DNA of 64,000 nt from Octopus vulgaris (lineage: Eukaryota). Positions within the stretch are counted from its first letter, which is position 1; each line of letters begins with the position of its first letter. A program made the translations under genes and the position numbers. Positions 27,863-42,203 of this stretch are shown here, piece by piece. Under the pieces are notes generated by a model. It saw only the letters and a program-made list of their open reading frames with translations, was not told the origin of the DNA and did not search any database. The DNA lies in contig OX597817.1 in the NCBI GenBank assembly GCA_951406725.2, positions 148,490,001-148,554,000 on the forward strand, in the 5' to 3' direction.

Positions 27863-28947
27863 AGCCGATGTACCCGGTAGTTCCTGGGCGTAAAGATGTT
27901 CTATTGAAATGCTTTATTTCTCTGATATAAGAAATAAATTTCGTTATAACTGCCAAAAAAGATTATTTTCTATCACGAAAAAGTACATAAAACTGTCAGC
28001 TGGAGGAAGGAGAGATTGTTGAATGTTGGTGAGAAAGCTTTTCGAAGGTTGGCGACAAAGATTGTCTGAAGTTGGTGAGAGAGTTTATCGGAGGTTGGCG
28101 AGAGGCAAAGAGATTATTCTTCTTAGCGAAGGAATCTGGGAAATGTATAACTTGTTATTCACAGAAAAGCTATTGTCTTGCCGTGAAAATACGCTGTTAA
28201 AGTGTTAAGTGGAATTTGGCAATCGAAGATCGAATCCACGCTATGCGTGCATGAAGCCACTACAAATACGTTCATGGAAAATGTGTAAATGTAAAAATGC
28301 AGAATTATCGGAGTAATGATCATTTAAAAAAAGTATGTATGTATAGAAATGTATGAAGGTGAGTAATGAAATGCAGAATGATGTTGGCTGATCGTGAGAA
28401 TCAGATATTGATCGTTTCGCAAAAATCTGCAGGTGGTATTGGTTCTTTCCCTTGGTTTGTTTAAATATAATATTAGTAATATGTAGAAGATAGAAGGATC
28501 CATTGCAAGGGCACTATTATCAATTTTTTTTTCAACAATCTAAGCATGTCACGAGCTTTCCAGACATGAGTCCTACTCACGTGTGAAATAAAGTATAAAA
28601 GTGATATTGTCTGCAAAAATTAGAAATAGGACACACAAAAAATCAATATTCAAAGTAATCGAACATAAACAATGAAATGGGCTATTTCCCCTAAGCGTTT
28701 AAAAATATTGTACAAATACTATGGGTTATTTCTCTTGGGTGTTTAAAAAATTAGTTATATGACGTAGATATGAAGGTCCCTTCCAGGGCCGTATTATCAA
28801 TTTTTTCAACAATCTAAGTATGTCACGAGTTTTCCAGAAATTAGTTCTACTCACTTGGCAAGTTTCATCAAAATCAATAAAACGATGTAGGAGTTAGCTA
28901 AATACGCTACAAACAAACGCACACCGATTTTCAACATATATAGTAGA
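27861..28947 (-). mobile_element. Non-autonomous Helitron-like element
   Basis: Minus strand 5' A|TCTACTATATATG; 3' hairpin CCCAGG..CCGGG followed by CTTG|T; internal ~70-bp direct repeat near 28510 and 28786. Confidence 0.55.
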
Positions 28948-29747
28948 TATATATTCATATATATATTCGTTATGTACAATAAAAGCAGTATTAGTTTAAA
29001 ATGGCAATCCATGTATAATACTTCAAACAAGTACATCGGGGAAAGCTTGAATAAGGAATATATATATGTTAAAAATTATATGGTACATTCTATGTACCAT
29101 TTCAATATCTCATACTTTTCTTCTTTTTATCGGTGCCTAATATTGTGTCCACTTACAACAGTTGTACTGCTTCAATATGTCGATTTTGACATGGCTACCT
29201 TATTTCCTTTTTTTTTATTACGTAATATCAGTTTGCTGATATATTTCCATATCGACATGCTGTCAATGCAGGAATAACATTGACTCTGCGGCTTCATTTG
29301 TGGCTTCAATATCTCTACAATTTTTACTTGATAGTTCTATTTTTAATTGCAATGACACATTGAATGATGTGAAACACCGGATATTGTTGAAAGAAATAGT
29401 TTAATTTCAGCGAACATAAAACTAACCGTCATACAATCATATCAATAACATTAACCACTCAGGCATATTTTTGATAACAGCCATTTTGTGTGTACAGAGT
29501 GTTTTATTACTTCACAAATACAATGTCGCAGAACTACGTACAAGGATTGATAATTCAGTTGATGGAGAATCGTGCAGTGAGGCTGATTCTGGTAGTTTGT
29601 TATCAGTATTTCAGATCCTAAATGAATTTTTATTGAGAATGTAATACATGTATTCATAGGTACAAACCTTGTAGCGCGGTAAAGAAGGTTGTTTTGCACC
29701 CGATTTGTTTCTGATTGAGACCTAGTGAGCAGTACTTTGGTCAAGTG

Positions 29748-30045
29748 CAGAACTGGCTAACCTGCGCCGACTTCTATTTTGCGGCCCGGTGGATTTTTTC
29801 TTGATAAGGGCTTATTTAAACAAATATTTTATCTAAAACTGAAGATTATAAGGAAAAGTAAAAAAGGAAGATACTACTGTTTTTGCAACGATAATATTTC
29901 ATGTTGAATCAACGACCATTCATTCATTATTGTAGTAATAGCATGAGAAAGCAAAATGATTTCAATTTTGGCAGTATACAAGCGGCCCTCAAAAAACGTT
30001 TTGTGATTAAAGTGCCCGCAATGTAATCCGAGTTGGCCAGTCTTG
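29748..30045. mobile_element. hAT-type MITE
   Basis: TIRs CAGAACTGGCTAAC / GTTGGCCAGTCTTG; 8-bp TSD GTCAAGTG/GTCAAGCG; subterminal GCGGCCC motifs. Confidence 0.75.
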
Positions 30046-30325
30046 GTCAAGCGTCGTGTACAGTGGCTTTGAGCTGATCAAAACCTTGTTAGTGAATCTG
30101 CGAGACAGAAGATGTATGGAGTCCCGTTGTACACACACACATGTGTGAGTGTGTGTGCGTGCGCGTGTGTTTGTGTGTGTACGCATGGGTGAATATGTTA
30201 TGTATGTGTATGTGTGTGTTTGTATGTGTTTGCGTGCGTGTGTGTGCGTGTGTGGGGGAACTGCATGTGTGTGCATGTGCGTGTCTTGTGTCTCTCTAAG
30301 TCTGCGTTTGTACCGCTCACCGCTT

Positions 30326-30387
<62 letters not shown>

Positions 30388-30390
<3 letters not shown>

Positions 30391-30620
30391 TAAAATACAT
30401 TAAGAGGCTTCCATCATAGGAATCCTTTATGCTAGAAAGAATAGTCCAAACCACTAATTCTCGAAGGGAATGTAAAATAAAAGATAAAAACATTTACCAT
30501 CTATGTTTTTTTATTTTTCATTCCCTTCGCGAATTTATCCCTAATTAGTGGTTTGGATTTCAACTGCCCTTTCTAGCATAAATGATTCCTATGATGGAAG
30601 CCTCTTAATGTGTTTTAATG
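30388..30620. repeat. Long inverted repeat (foldback element)
   Basis: acattaaaatacattaagaggcttccatcataggaatc pairs with gattcctatgatggaagcctcttaatgtgttttaatgt; ccaaaccactaatt with aattagtggtttgg. Confidence 0.85.
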
Positions 30621-30849
30621 TGCACTGTATTTTATATGAATAATATATAGTCTATTGACTACTTCTTCTATACGCTAGGCCACTGGTAGTAAACATTTCT
30701 AAAATCTTTATTACTCTGATAGTATTAAAGATATATATATATGTATGTATGTATGTACGTATGTATGTATGTATGTATGTATGTATGCATGTATGTATGT
30801 ATGTATGTATGTATGTATCCATGTATGTATGTATGTATCTATGTATGTT

Positions 30850-31000
30850 ACGTAACTTAGAGGTTCGGCGAAAAGCTCCAATAGAATAAGTACTAGGCTT
30901 ATAAAGAATAAGATCTGGGGTCGATTTGTTCGACTAAAGGCAGTGCTCCAGCCTGACCGCAGTCATATAACGGAAACAAATAAAAGAATAAAGAGAAAGA
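30850..31000 (+). mobile_element. SINE family S3, 3' half
   Basis: Reverse-complement match to 38946-39090. Confidence 0.7.
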
Positions 31001-31006
31001 AAGAAT

Positions 31007-31107
<101 letters not shown>

Positions 31108-32046
31108 CAGATATATAGACATATCTATGTATGTATGCGTGGATATATGTATGCCTGTATGTATTATGTATGTATGTATGTTTAAAGGATAACTCTATAT
31201 GGAAGCTTGATCATGAAGATTTTTATTGGTCTTTAGTTAAACATCGAAAAATTACTTTCCAAAATCAATTATTTGCAAATATTTCGACGCCATATATTTT
31301 CAAACTAAAGTGATTCTAATAATGCCACGATTCTCACTCGCTTTACACTAAGTTTCAAAGATCTTGGGAAAATTATTCTTAAGACCAGATTGAACATTAC
31401 GAATTTGTAAGTTATCTTATATTTGAGGATCTATTTTATGTCTCCTGTGCCTCTCTGTTTAATTTAGTCTGCATTTTGAAAATAGTAGTTTCTTTAATAG
31501 ACGTTCTTACACTTTGCGAAATCATATAGAAAATTGTCGTACTCTCAATTACTGGTTTTCTGTCCGGCAATATGTTTTATAAAGAACTATAACGACTTGT
31601 GACGGCTTCGTTTAGCGAATACAACTGATGTGAATGTATTTTGCTTTTCAGTCCAATTTAATAGTTTGTGGCGTGAATTATACAGCTTGCTTGTCTATGT
31701 TGAATTTTTTTCTAATGCTACGATGATAAAAAAAACAAAATTACTCTATAGAATTTTTATAATATTCTGAATTGACATAAGTAAACAACTTCTGTTTTTT
31801 TCCAAAATATAATGTCTCCTTTTACAGAGATGTTAATATCATTAACTGGCCACCGAAAAGTTGTTAATATATCAATATCAGATGATCATATAAATAGAAC
31901 AAACGGATTTGCATGCGTTATCTTAGTCTTCGCGATGAGTTTTGTAATATTTTACAGGCAAGTTTTATATTAAAGAAATAGTAGTCAAGTATGCGTTAAC
32001 GTATGAATATTTGGCCATGTCAATATTACAGACAAGTTTAAAAAGG

Positions 32047-32225
32047 GTAGCTGGAAGAATCGTTATCATGCCAGAAAAATGCTTAGCTGCATCTCATCCA
32101 CTTTCCGTCCCAAGTTTGCCTTTCATCCTTTCGGGGTCGATAAAATAAGTACCAATTGGACACTGGGGTCGATGTTATCGACTGAGCCCCTCTCTCCGAA
32201 ATTGGTTGCTCTGTGCAAAAATTTT
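32047..32225 (+). mobile_element. SINE family S2, decayed
   Basis: gcctttcatcctttcggggtcgataaaataagtacc domain. Confidence 0.65.
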
Positions 32226-32739
32226 AAACGTATATATTGCATGCAAGTCTTATGAAATTACGGTAAGTATGAGAATAGCTCTATGGATGTTTAGCCAACA
32301 ATCTGCGAGTAACCATATGTAAATTGCTGGTCTTTCATGCAGAGCCTTTATGGAAAGGAAAAGAAATAGAAGGACTGAAAGTGGTGTACTTGTTCGCAAA
32401 ATTTTTATTACTGCTGGATATATTAAAAAATCGCTTCCAACGGTTAAACACTCTGTCGATCATCGGATCACAATGGAAAGATTGAAACTGGTCCGTATTT
32501 CCCCCATCTACAGCGTCACTTCAAGTCCCGTATGCGTTATTACGCCTTATCAGCTGAAGTCCCATAGATTTCATATAAAGTGCAATGCATCATGCGAATA
32601 TATAAATTAACATATATGCGCACGCATGCGTACACGCTCGCACAACCACATGTATATATATATAGAGAGAGATATATATAGATATATATATGCATGCGCC
32701 AGTGTGCGTATGTGTATATATATGTGTGTGTGTGATGTA

Positions 32740-32780
<41 letters not shown>

Positions 32781-32807
32781 GATGTAAATATATATGTATA
32801 TATATAC

Positions 32808-32849
<42 letters not shown>

Positions 32850-32851
32850 GA

Positions 32852-32883
<32 letters not shown>

Positions 32884-33174
32884 ATGAGTATGTGGATAGG
32901 TAGACAGATACCCACATACATAGTCATAGATAGACATATATGTCTACTCTTGAAAGTACTTTTAAACACATGCATACACACTGCACACCAATTTAATTGC
33001 ATATGTTAAAATTTGCCGATACAGTTTGAAGACCGATCGAGAGACAATTGTTAAATATCACGTAAGCAAGCAAATATGAGCATGACAGGAAATATTTTAT
33101 CCGACATTCTTACTGAAAAAATCCCTATGAGAGTGAAATATAATATACCCAATTTCATACTTGCATGCGTATAC

Positions 33175-33225
<51 letters not shown>

Positions 33226-33234
33226 CATACATAC

Positions 33235-33301
<67 letters not shown>

Positions 33302-33918
33302 GGGCATATATGTATATAGATACATTATGTGTGTGTGCCTGGGAGTGTTTGTGTGTGTATGAGTGTGCGTGTGTGTATATATACGTATCTGTGTGTATAC
33401 GTCGACATATGGTATTTGCGAAGACATTTAGGCCTATGTGTAATTGTCTGTTTGCATTGATAGATGACGCTGGTTCTTATTAAAACTGGTGGACGTTGAT
33501 GGATAGAACTATCTCCAATTATTACCAATGTTACTAGGATAAATTTATTCTTAGTCTTGTATCATCGAATTCGGCTGACGTCAGAATTGGCCGATCGCTT
33601 CTCATAGATAATATGATCTCAATTTTAATATCACATGTAATAAAATAGACATGCACAGAACATTCTATCTACAAGTATCCATTCATACTTTCAATCATTC
33701 CATCCAATATCCATTTATATACTCTCTATTAGAGATACTCGTGCTTAAACCTATCAGAATATGGAGACGTGGAGGTAAGTGGTACATACACAAATGTATG
33801 TTAGAGGAAATTATTTAACAAGCCATACACAAGCATATGCCAACACATACCTATAAGCATACGAGCACAAATATGCATATACGCTATGTAAAATGATATG
33901 TAAGTATAAGGTAAATCC

Positions 33919-34010
<92 letters not shown>

Positions 34011-34218
34011 TGATGGACAGATAATGATAGATAGACAGTCAGAGAGATATATAGATAGATATACAGATATGTGTGTGTATATATGTATGGAACTATGACT
34101 GTATATATATATATATATATATATATTTGGATATAGATGGATAGGTCAATGGTTAAATACATGCAAACATTTACATATATATATATATATATATACATAC
34201 AGTCATACCTACATACAT

Positions 34219-34251
<33 letters not shown>

Positions 34252-34377
34252 CATAATGCCTGTATGTATATATATATATATGCGTGTGTGTGTGTATTTA
34301 TGTATGTAGGTATGACTGTATATATATATGTAAATGTTTGCATGTATTTAACCATTGACCTATCCATCTATATACAA

Positions 34378-34418
<41 letters not shown>

Positions 34419-35133
34419 TTCATATACATATACATATATCTAAGTATATCAACACACACATATTTATATATACATGTATATATATATATACAAACATATA
34501 TACACACATGTGCGTGCGCACGCGCGTTTATAAATCTATGTGTGTCTACTATATACTATACAGGCAGACACGTATGCAGAAACGCGCATAAAAACGCACA
34601 TAGACGTACAAAAAAGACTATACGCCCAAACGAAGATTCATAAGATGACATGCACCTAAATGCTATCTGATATTGTGCAGACGTATCCAGACAAAATATT
34701 TGGTTAATATTGCCCGCTTGTTTAATACCCATATTTATTTATCTGACTATCAATATTGATTAATAATCTCTGAAAGCCGCACGAAGCATCAGAATCGGAC
34801 TCTGGAAACCGTGCCTGGCAACTAAAAATCATTCAATTATTTACTGATATCGATACCAACCTAACATGGTGCCAGGCGCTTCTAAAAAGCTGTGCGTTGC
34901 CGTTTATATTTATTGTCTTTCATTTCTTCATGTGCTGATAACGGTAAATAATCAACCGCAATGTGATGGTTTCGCCATTCCATATCACCCTAATAAATTA
35001 TAATATCCCTATATATATATGTATATATATGTATATATATATAAATGCAAAACAAAAATCTATATTTTCTCTACGCACGCACATATACAATATATCTGAA
35101 TATATATATATATATATATATATAAACATATGC

Positions 35134-35167
<34 letters not shown>

Positions 35168-35522
35168 GGATATCTTTGTGTGGCGTTCTGTGGTTTTTCT
35201 CTTTGTGCCTTAATAGGATTTCAAAGCCTGCCAGAGTAGATATAACAGTTGATCCCCTCTGGATTGATATATACTAACACACGAGTTATTTTACGTATAC
35301 ATACATTTAATCACACACTCACACACCTCGCACACGAACCCACATACACACTAACTCACACACACACACACATAAACACACACACACACACAAATGCTGC
35401 TTATATTGTCTTAGCTGTGTGTATGTGTTTTTAACATGTAGAAATATGGTTGCAAATATTCACCGTGTGTACTTGTGTGCACGTGCGTTCATGTGTGTGT
35501 TTGTGTGTGTGTGTGTATGTGT

Positions 35523-35605
<83 letters not shown>

Positions 35606-36148
35606 CGTGTATTTGTGTGCCTGCGTATTGACGTTCGTAAATGGGCTGAAGACAAGAAACTACTTAAGATTATCCCTGTAACTGTGCGGATTTTTAGCTT
35701 AGAAAGCCATATTAAAATCGTTCGACGAAAGTCTATGGCCTGGATTTCTCTAACAGAAAACATTCATTTGTAGTGAGTTGCTTTTCGCTAACATGATTAT
35801 CAAAGGAAAGAGTGGAGAAATCTTCATGTCTTTCAGAATGATTTCTAGCGTATTACACAAGGCCAAGATGTTGAGGTGAAGATACAATCGATTATATCGA
35901 ACGTAGCAATCAACCGCTACATAATATATCGATCTTGGAAAAATGGAGGCTAAGGCAAAATGTCAACATGATTTGGACTCGGAGTTTTGAAAGAGTTTAA
36001 CTAATTACTTACTACATTGTGTCCTTTGTAGATACTAAACAGCTCGCCAATGTACCATTCTTCGATGAAAAATCATCACTTAAGTAATACGTTGTGAAAT
36101 GCAGCATCCTTTTCACTACTGTGCTACTAGTTAAACTGTATAAGATTA

Positions 36149-36560
36149 TTTCTTTATTCCCCGCAAGGGGCTAAACATAGACGGGACAAACAAGGACAAA
36201 CAAACGGATTATGTCGATTACATCGACTCCAGTGCGTAACTGGTACTTATTTAATCGACCCCGAAAGGATGAAATGCAAAGTCGATCTCGGCGGAATTTG
36301 AACTCAGAACGTAACGGCAGACGAAATACCCGTTTCTTTACTACCAACAAGGGGCTAAACACAGAGGACAAACAAGAACAGACAAACGGATTAAGTCGAT
36401 TATATCGACCCCAGTGCGAAACTGGTATTTCATTTATTGACCCCGAAAGGATGAAAGGCAAAGTCGACCTCGGCAGAATTTGAAATCAGAACGTAACGAC
36501 AGACGAAATACGGCTACGCACTTCGCCCGGCGTGCTAAAGTTTCTGCCAGCTCGCCGCCT
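36149..36560 (-). mobile_element. SINE family S2, partial tandem dimer with long TSD
   Basis: Full unit 36331-36560 plus headless unit 36149-36330; TSD tactagtta(a/t)actgtataagat at 36125-36146 and 36566-36587. Confidence 0.88.
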
Positions 36561-37030
36561 ACTTATACTAGTTATACTGTATAAGATACCAAACAAAAAC
36601 GATAAGAAATTTGGTTCCTCAGTCAGAAAATGTATGGGCAATATAGTTATCATGGGAATATACGAAGCCAGGAATTAACTCAGCCCCGTTTTCTGTTCAT
36701 AAATGTAGAATAAGTCTTGTTGCGGTCAGTTTGTTTACTTTTCAGAACAAAGCTAAATGCTTTTTCTGTTTTTGTTTTTTTATTTATTTTATTTTTTTTT
36801 AGTCTTTCCGAAAGTAAACATTGGTGCAGCAGCTTCTCACTTCAAAAATAAGATGATGCTAATATATTGTGTACTATAAATCAGAGACGGCGCACATTCT
36901 CTGGTGATGTGCGCATAAATCTGCTGGCATCCGGGATGCGGAGCTTTTTAACTTCTAACACTTACATCTGCAAGTTCCTTGCAAAATATCTCCACAATAG
37001 ATCGCCTGTTTCGCCTGTTGTTCGTTTTCG

Positions 37031-37500
37031 CTCTCTCTCTCTCTCTCTCTAATCTCTCTCTATCTCTCTCTCGCTCTCTCTCTCTCTTTCTCTCTCTCTT
37101 TATCTCTCTCCTTCTTTCCCTCTCCCCATCTCTCTTTTTTTCTCTCTCTCTCTTTTTTCTCTCTCTCTTTGTCTCCTTCCCGCTCTCTCTCTCTCCCTCC
37201 CTCTCTTTCTTTCTCTCTTTGTCTCTCTCTCTCTTTTTCACTCTCTTTCACTCTCTTTATCTCCATCCCACTCTCTCTCTCTCTTTCTCCCTCTCTTTCT
37301 TTCTCTCTTTGTCTCTCTCTCTCTTTCTCTCACTATCTTTCACTCTTTTTGTCTCCTTCTCGCTCTCTATCTCCCTCCTTTCTCTTTTTCTCTCTCTTTC
37401 TCTCTTTATCTCTCTCTCACTCTCTTTATCTCTTCCCCCCTCTCTCTCACACAATCATTTTCTCTCTTTAATCTTCTTCTAATACACACACTTATACTAA

Positions 37501-37533
<33 letters not shown>

Positions 37534-37908
37534 CTCTCTCTCTCTCTCTCCCTTTCTGTTGATCTCCTTTCCTTGCGCAATGTTATTCGATTAACATTTC
37601 TTCAAATTCCATTCTTTCCCAAAAGCCAAATATTAATATAATTACACGATATTCCTCTCTTTTCTGTTTTAAAATTTTTCTCATTCATATTTCATATCGC
37701 ACAACGTTATGAAGTCTAACTTGTTTCATGTTTTCTCTCTCTCTTTCTTTCTTTCTGTATTTCTTCCTTTCTTTCTTTCTGCTTGTCTGTCTTTCTTTCT
37801 TTCTTTCTTTCTATCTTTCTGCCTTTCTTTCTTTTTGCTTGTCTTTCTTTCTTTCTTTCTCTCTGTCTTTCTTTCTTCCTTTCTGACTTCATTCCTTTCC
37901 TTCTTTTT

Positions 37909-37939
<31 letters not shown>

Positions 37940-37964
37940 CTCTTTCTTTCTTTCTTTCTTTTTC

Positions 37965-37995
<31 letters not shown>

Positions 37996-38058
37996 CTCTT
38001 TCTTTTTCTCTTTCTATCTTTCTTTCTTTCTTTCTCTCTTTCTTTCTTTCTCTCTCTC

Positions 38059-38094
<36 letters not shown>

Positions 38095-38122
38095 CCTGTC
38101 CTTCTCTCTCTCTCTCTTTCTT
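37031..38122. repeat. Polypyrimidine (CT)n/(CTTT)n low-complexity tracts
   Basis: Direct inspection; two blocks, 37031-37470 and 37730-38122. Confidence 0.9.
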
Positions 38123-38945
38123 TACTGAGCACGAACATTAAACATTTTTATATCAAACAACAGAACTGCGCCACTTTCCTCCAATCCCAACTTGCCATCC
38201 TCTCTATCCTCTGAAGAGTGCCTTATTATCATCCTCATTCTCTTGTTTTGGCATAAACCGCCTCCAACAGTTTACAACAGGCGTTTTAAATTCCAACCAT
38301 TATTACTAACGACATAGATATACTCTTTATTCTAAGTAATAAGGGCTTGAATTTTTAGCGTTGCGGAATGTAAATTCCTTGCTAAGGCTCAAAGATATTC
38401 GTTCAAGAAATACTGCCTCGGGGTATTCTGTAAAATTTTGTAAATTATACGCTGTTATCCGAATCTAACAAGACTTGAAAATCGTGTAGAATTTGGTAGT
38501 AATATCGATGTTTCGCTATGTGTGGGAAGTAATTATTCTCATATCGGCATCATAATGCATTCGACTTCTCACTGCCAATGCTAAATTTACATATATTAGA
38601 AAGCAATCTTTTTTCGAAATTAATCGTTATCAAAGGCGTCTAATGATTTATAACGGTACATATTTAAAATATCTGAGTTGAAACGAAAACTCCGTAGAAA
38701 TATTATTTTAGCCAGAGAAATATATAAGCATTCGCTAATTGTCATCTCTTATCTACATTTTAATATAGGCTTCTCAATGTTATATTTTTAGTAGCGCATG
38801 GACGTGTGATTACTAAAAACATGAAATGCTCAAGTGGTTTCAAGCGAAATGTTTTGAACGAGCGCTACTTGCGCGAATGGGTGAAAGAGTGATAGAAATT
38901 CGGTGATTGTTTTAAACAGGAAAAAAATAACAAATTTTTTTTAAA

Positions 38946-39155
38946 TACTCTTTTACATGTTTCAGTCATTTGACTGTGGTCATGCTGGAGCACCACCTTT
39001 AGTCGAGCAAATCGACCCCAGGACTTATTCTTTGTAAGCCTAGTACTTATTCGATCTCTCTCTTTTGCCGAACCGCTAAGTTACGGGGACTTAAACACAC
39101 CACTTGTCAAGTGATGTTGGCGGGACAAGCACAGACACACAAACATACACACACG

Positions 39156-39205
<50 letters not shown>

Positions 39206-39371
39206 TACGACGGGCTTCTTTCAGTTTCCATCTACCAAATCCACTCACAAGGCTTTGGTCAGCCCGAGGCTGTAGTAGAAGACACTTGTCCAAGGTGCCA
39301 CGCAGTGGGACTGAAACTGGAGCCATGGGGTTCGTAAGCAAGATACTTACCACACAGCCACTCCTACGCCT
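38946..39371 (-). mobile_element. tRNA-derived SINE family S3 with internal microsatellite
   Basis: Head GGCGTAGGAGTGGCTGTGTGGTAAG..GTTTCAGTCCC; CCTTGGACAAGTG; second full copy at 59455-59926 and many fragments. Confidence 0.88.
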
Positions 39372-40334
39372 TAAAGTGAAAATTTTAAAAGTATCTTGAG
39401 TAACATTTCCTTTTAGAAAAGAATGATATGGGATAATCATTATTGAGGCGTTAAATTCCTATCCAGTTGTACATTTATGTTCAATAAATTACGTAGGTAA
39501 AACATAGATAAGAGAATTTAACTATCTTCGTATAATAGTAGTTAATAGCGCATATTTGTTTTGTATGCTGTTTTGTTTTCAAGAATTCTCTTCAAATTCC
39601 TGATGAATTAGAGATGCTTAGAAAACATTTTTCAAGTGAGATTTTATTCGCAAAAGTTCACTGGTGGTCTTATAACAACTACGGAGTTTAGCTATCCTAA
39701 AAGAGCTATTTTTGTTAAGTGAATATACTTGATTTAGAAAGTTTCATGTACTATTCCATCTTTTTGTATGTATTTAGGTGCGCAGAATCGAATTGCTTAT
39801 TAAACAAAGAAACAACATATTGGCTGTTAGAATTATTACTAAGTTATGAGTGAAATTAAAACAGTGAGCTTTCCTAACCCGTCTAGAAGTTGGACTGTAG
39901 GATATGTTATCTTTTAAGCCACTCTTAAGACCTTATTTTAACACGATGAATATTCATTAAATGTTCTTCATTCGCAGAAGTGTCGAAAACATTTAGTCAT
40001 ACATCAATAGGTATTCAGCGATATTTCCATTAAGCCTCACATTTGTAAGATTAGATTACTCTTTTCATTTTTGATAACAGTAATAGCGAAGAAAAGTAAT
40101 CTTTCATATTAAATGGGTGAATGGGAGAAACTTAGTATTCTGCTTATTACTGATATTACAGAATCTATTAATAATTATTTGTGTATTTATTCATAATTAT
40201 AATTGCTCCGCATTTAGTAATAGATAATATTCTACCATCGATGTAATTAACAAGTCTACATATCTTGCATCTAGTTACATTATTTAATACTGCTATTTAT
40301 ATTAATGTATACATCCTGTTCTGTCAGTTTAAAG

Positions 40335-40645
40335 CATAGGTTCTACAAGTAAGCACTACCACCCTCCGGTGGGCGTTAAGACGGTCCAGGTATGTGTTGA
40401 GGCCTAAGGGGTGGGAGAGAAAAAGGAAGCGTTGTGAGGAAGGCAGTGGTCTGGGGGAGACGCGACGAATTTATTATATTATTATACTATTGTATACAAA
40501 TTATATAATATATTGAATATCAAATGATTCATAGTATATATATATTAGTAAAATATAAAATACCTATTTATGCATAAAAATAGGAGTTGAGGCACTGAGG
40601 GTATTATGCGGCCATGAGAGGGGCCAAAATGTTTGAAAAACTCTG
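40335..40645. mobile_element. hAT-type non-autonomous element
   Basis: Perfect 8-bp TSD GTTTAAAG (40327-40334, 40646-40653); decayed TIRs CATAGGTTCTACAA / TTGAAAAACTCTG. Confidence 0.6.
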
Positions 40646-40942
40646 GTTTAAAGGACGGATGTTTAGGGTTTTGTTCTATCGTACATACATAAAGTAGAAG
40701 GTATTTTCAGTCGGGAGTCATTTATTTTATTGATATTAATAAGCTTCTTTCTTTTGTATATGTAGTGGTTACTCTGGGTTGAGAATAAAATCACAGAAGG
40801 ATTCCCACGTAAAACTGAATAACTCCTCGATCTTACCAATGTGTATATTTATATGAGAGGAGTATATTCGGTCATTCTTCAGTTCTTCTTTTGTTTATTT
40901 CTTCTTAGCTCCCTCTTTTCTTTCTATACCTTTCTCTATATA

Positions 40943-41479
40943 TTGGGTTGTCCGGAAAGTTCGTGCCGATTTATAGTAGCTTATCTTTCGACTTATTTTA
41001 GAACATGGTTGAGTCCATAAAATAGGATTTGACTACACTTCCATTTATAGCGCAGTTTAAGCTATCTTTTCGTGGAAGAAGTTTTAGGTTCCTATAATGT
41101 GTTAATTCTGTAACCCTTTAAAATGGAAGATAAGAAAGTTCATTTTCGGCACTTGATACTTTGGGAACCAAACAAAAATTGCTGCAGCTCAGCTGGGATG
41201 TGTTACCCCCACCTCCATATTCACCAGATATTGCTCCTTCGGATTTCTACTTATTCGGGTCTCTGCAGTATAGTCTTAATGATAAAAATTTCAATTGCTT
41301 GGATGAGGTAAAAAGATACCTCAATTCTGGGAAGAGGGTATTTTCAAGTGAAAGGAAAGATGGAGACGCATTGTGCAACAAAATGTTTCATATTTGGTTG
41401 ATCAGAAATGTAATGGCAAGTATTTATTGACCTTTATCATTTCCTTTAAAATTCGGCACCAATTTTCCGGACAATCCAA
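40943..41479 (+). mobile_element. Internally deleted mariner transposon
   Basis: ~30-bp TIRs TTGGGTTGTCCGGAAAGTTCGTGCCGATTT / AAATTCGGCACCAATTTTCCGGACAATCCAA; TA TSD; MEDKKVHFRH N-terminus joined to WDVLPPPPYSPDIAPSDFYLF. Confidence 0.92.
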
Positions 41480-41812
41480 TATATTACACCGAAAATACCA
41501 AATATAATTACACAATCCGATATACCTTTACACCTAAGTGCATCATATTATTTCTGACATAAATATTTTGTGTAATTGTTTTCGATTGTTACTTTCTTTA
41601 ATTATGATTTATGTAAGCATCGTGTAATATTTCTGTAAAGTCATTTTAGGCACTGAAGACGAAACAATTGGCATGTTATCATGTCTTATCGTTTCGGATG
41701 TATTCATTATTACATTGAATGGTGGTTGTTTTTAGCCTTTGGTTAAATTTATAAATTGTACAAAGGCACACGCACGTAGTGTACAGTATTACACAGCATT
41801 TTTTATAGTAGA

Positions 41813-42203
41813 CTAGCAGTATCGCCCGGTGTTGCTCCGGTTTGTTTCGACCTTTTAGAATTGGAATTTTTGAAAAGTATAACTTTTGCATTATGTAGCT
41901 TGTTATTCTCTTTAACTGAACATTTTTTTGGTTGAAATACACCGAAAAATGGCGACACGGCAGTAAAAAAATCATAAAACAGGTATTTTCAGAAAAAACA
42001 TAGCAGCTTTTTGATGTAAATAATTTTTGGTATTAATATAGTCCGATTTGAAATTTTTCTACTACAGAAGGAAGAGCAAACCTTCTTCTATCATACTTTC
42101 AATTTTGGTCAACTTGCGCCGCAGTGTCTCGGAGGAGATAGTGTTAGTTGAAGGCTACCAAACTTGTCATACACAGACAACTTCAGCTTTATATATAGAG
42201 AGA
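41813..42203 (-). mobile_element. Non-autonomous Helitron
   Basis: Minus strand A|TCTCTCTATATATAAAGCTG ... hairpin CCGGAGCAACACCGG ... CTAG|T. Confidence 0.75.

Noticed and set aside
33575-33584. CRE palindrome CTGACGTCAG
   Set aside because: A single short motif is expected by chance in 64 kb and has no promoter context
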